DNA of 27,692 nt from Ruminococcus sp. UBA1394 (GTDB lineage: Bacteria; Bacillota; Clostridia; Oscillospirales; Ruminococcaceae). The notes under the pieces are model-generated. The model searched no databases. It worked only from the letters and a program-made list of their open reading frames with translations, and had not been told where the DNA came from. The stretch lies in contig DBQM01000057.1 in the NCBI GenBank assembly GCA_002305725.1, positions 1 through 27,692 of the forward strand, in the 5' to 3' direction. Position numbers and translations under genes: made by a program. Shown here in pieces: positions 25,350 to 27,692 of this stretch. Numbering within the stretch: position 1 is the stretch's first letter; each line of letters starts with the position of its first letter.

Positions 25350-26882
25350 ATGATTGAAATTAAAAAAGCAGCCTTGTATGCAAGGTTTTCTTCGGACAAT
25401 CAGAGAACAGAATCTATTGATGCACAGGTCAGGGCAATGAAAGATTTCTGTACTCAGAATAAATGGAAAATTGTAGAAACTTATGTTGATGAGGCTTATT
25501 CGGCTACCAATGACCGCAGACCCAGTTTTCAGCGTATGATTGAAGACAGCGGAAAAGGAGTGTTTGATATAGTTCTCGTGCATAAGCTGGACAGGTTCAG
25601 TCGCAACAGATATGATTCTGCGATTTATAAGAATAAGCTTAAACATAACGGTGTACGCTTGTACAGTGTTCTTGAAAGACTTGATGATTCGCCTGAGTCA
25701 ATTATTCTTGAGTCAATGCTTGAATCAATAGGGGAGTACTATTCTTCAAATATTGCAAGAGAGGTTATGAAGGGTTTAAAGGAAAATGCGTTTCATTGTA
25801 AACATACAGGTGGATCCGCGCCTTTAGGGTATGATGTCGGAGAGGATAAGAAGCTTGTAATCAACGAGCGTGAAGCCGAGTCTGTCAGGATAATCTATGA
25901 TATGTATATAAACGGATACAGTTATCGTAACATAGCTGAATATCTTAATTCAAAGGGGTATGTCACTAAAAAAGGAAATAAATTCAAACCGAATTCTGTA
26001 TCATTCTATGAGATACTGAACAATCTGAAATACACAGGTACTTATGTATACAACCGTTCTTCTTCAAAGGACTATAGTCACAGACGGAATAGTCACCGCT
26101 ATAAGCCAGAAGAAGAAATAATAAAAATTACAGGAGGATGTCCAGCTATCATATCCAAAGAAACTTTTCAGAAAGCGGCTGAAAGAAGAAAATCAGTAAC
26201 TGCTAAGGGGCAGTTAGGCTCAAAGCATTTCTATCTGTGTTCGGGTATTGTTGTTTGCGGAGAATGCGGCAAGAAAATGTTCGGAAGAAAACGCTTCGGG
26301 AAATATGCGTTCAACGTATACTGCTGTACATCATACAAAGCTGACTGCTGTAATATAAAGGAGGTTGATAGTGACAGATTGGATGAACATACCGTGAAGT
26401 TACTGGAACGGGAAATGTTTAATGAATCAGCAATGAAAAAACGAATTGCCGGGCTTAATAAACGTATCGAAAGGTATAATTGCAGGATTCCGGCTATGAG
26501 AAAATCTTTGAACAGGGAGCTTGATAAAATTAATACAGAACTCATAAAACTTCATAGTAAAAAAGAAAAATCTATTGAAACTTATGAAAAGATAAACACT
26601 CTGGAGTTAAGGAAAAATGATTTGGAATATGCAATTGATAATCTTCATGAAATAGAGTCTGTCAGTTATTCTGATTACAGTAATCTGATAAATCGGTTTT
26701 ATGAATTAAAAGAGGATAATCTGCGTTTCCGTACGTTTGTTCAGGACTATATCACAAGTATTACGGTATACAGGGATAAGGTTGTTTTTTGTCTGAATTA
26801 CGGTTTGGGAATCCTTGATGATGTTACGAAAAAATATACATTTGAAAGGAAATTGTTTAAGACGCCAACTCAAAAAATGTGA
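25350..26882 (+). CDS. Large serine recombinase (third copy), a close paralog of the 8035-9609 recombinase.
   Basis: GGAAGG RBS before ATG 25350. ALYARFSSDNQRTESIDAQVRAM... nearly identical in motifs to recombinase 1. Zinc ribbon CGECGKKM...C.C. Confidence 0.9.
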   Translation: MIEIKKAALYARFSSDNQRTESIDAQVRAMKDFCTQNKWKIVETYVDEAYSATNDRRPSFQRMIEDSGKGVFDIVLVHKLDRFSRNRYDSAIYKNKLKHNGVRLYSVLERLDDSPESIILESMLESIGEYYSSNIAREVMKGLKENAFHCKHTGGSAPLGYDVGEDKKLVINEREAESVRIIYDMYINGYSYRNIAEYLNSKGYVTKKGNKFKPNSVSFYEILNNLKYTGTYVYNRSSSKDYSHRRNSHRYKPEEEIIKITGGCPAIISKETFQKAAERRKSVTAKGQLGSKHFYLCSGIVVCGECGKKMFGRKRFGKYAFNVYCCTSYKADCCNIKEVDSDRLDEHTVKLLEREMFNESAMKKRIAGLNKRIERYNCRIPAMRKSLNRELDKINTELIKLHSKKEKSIETYEKINTLELRKNDLEYAIDNLHEIESVSYSDYSNLINRFYELKEDNLRFRTFVQDYITSITVYRDKVVFCLNYGLGILDDVTKKYTFERKLFKTPTQKM

Positions 26883-26908
26883 TGGTTGGTAGTATAGGAG
26901 GAAACTAT

Positions 26909-27607
26909 ATGGGAGATATAAGTGTAATGGCGAGAAGACTTTCTGACGGCAGTGTCCAGTACGGCTGGTCTGGTAATGGAGGATATTGTCAGAATACAGG
27001 AATGAGGTTAATGTCGTGGTATAATGATCCGGAAAAGGTTGATTATCTTTTTGGACTCGGACAGACAGGAAGAATAGGAAAACCCGGAAGCGAAAATGGA
27101 AACGGAGACTGGTATGATTCGCATGAACTAACAGGGTATCCGTTCTGGCAGGGGACAAGTGAAAGGCAGATTTTCAGTAAAATAGCATTCGTTGATTACG
27201 GTTATTTTTATGATACCGATAACAAGTGGTATTATGTTGTACCGGACCCGTTCAGGATAAAAATTCCACTTGAATTTATCACAGAGTATCTTAACGAAAA
27301 TGATTGTGACTTTGAATTCGATTACCTTGATGAGATAAGATATAGTCTGGTGATACATATATTCTGGTTTTACTATAACGAGAATCCTGAGTTCAGAGAA
27401 TATATTGCGGAAAATCTCGATATTTCTGCAAAGGAAATACTTGTCACCCTGCTCAAAGATAAGTTTCCTGTTGGATGTCTGTATGACAAGTACAATCAAG
27501 TATACAGATATTTTGATGACTGGGTTGTAGTAGGCAGAGCAGACGGTAAGTTTACTTTCAAAGTGAGGAAAAAAGAGGAAAAGCATATCGAAACTATTGA
27601 ATGGTAA
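26909..27607 (+). CDS. Hypothetical 232-aa protein downstream of recombinase 3.
   Basis: TAGGAGGA RBS before ATG 26909. Aromatic-rich with no recognised motifs. Confidence 0.55.
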   Translation: MGDISVMARRLSDGSVQYGWSGNGGYCQNTGMRLMSWYNDPEKVDYLFGLGQTGRIGKPGSENGNGDWYDSHELTGYPFWQGTSERQIFSKIAFVDYGYFYDTDNKWYYVVPDPFRIKIPLEFITEYLNENDCDFEFDYLDEIRYSLVIHIFWFYYNENPEFREYIAENLDISAKEILVTLLKDKFPVGCLYDKYNQVYRYFDDWVVVGRADGKFTFKVRKKEEKHIETIEW

Positions 27608-27618
27608 TTGTGCAGATT

Positions 27619-27653
27619 CAAGACCACAGCAGAATAGAACTGTTGTGGTCTTG
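27619..27653. repeat. Inverted repeat caagaccacagcag / ctgttgtggtcttg.
   Basis: 10/13 bp of the stem pair. No T-run follows. Confidence 0.4.
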
Positions 27654-27692
27654 CCAATTAATCAGCCATTGTTGGTTTGTCAATGATGCGTT

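Overview
The window is AT-rich (about 35% GC) and genes are almost all on the + strand. The codon usage and AGGAG-type RBSs point to Firmicutes/Clostridia. It reads as a composite integrative mobile element or accessory island rather than core chromosome. There are three large serine recombinases (8035-9609, 15031-16554, 25350-26882). Two of them are close paralogs. A self-replication module sits in the middle: a P-loop SF3/DUF927-like helicase (13037-14770) and a family-A DNA polymerase with a 3'-5' exonuclease domain (16618-18582). No capsid, terminase or conjugation genes are visible. The cargo looks like uncharacterised systems.

- (1) 28-3529: a tight five-gene operon of a classical AAA ATPase, two paralogous small amphipathic proteins, a 143-aa protein and a polytopic membrane protein.
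- (2) 5226-7692: an amidoligase (glutamine-synthetase-like, N-terminal zinc ribbons), a DUF4314-like small protein and a class-II (Ntn, Cys2) glutamine amidotransferase, followed by two overlapping small hydrophobic peptides.
- (3) 10008-11534: an isolated minus-strand 508-aa protein with an internal domain duplication.
- (4) 18713-24746: an HTH-XRE-led cluster with a Cys-motif protein, a zinc-ribbon membrane protein, an SPFH/band-7 (COG4260-like) protein with a DUF4339-like tail, a zinc-ribbon peptide, and a 1039-aa PLD-nuclease/SF2-DEAH-helicase/DUF3427-like fusion. The fusion is a candidate single-protein defence nuclease.

Non-coding structure is also notable. A strong extended -10 promoter at 4421-4449 runs to an intrinsic terminator at 4663-4703 with no credible ORF between, which suggests a candidate sRNA of about 245 nt. 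Two diverged direct repeats of about 128 bp (4794-5046) carry doubled TGCGACAA and TTGCRG motifs and look iteron-like. Two 85-bp direct repeats (11586-11825) each carry the palindrome CGGATTATCCG. A GC-rich multi-hairpin island lies at 24796-24885. Many intrinsic terminators were located. No rRNA, tRNA or CRISPR array was found. All domain calls come from motifs read by eye. None has been verified by database search.
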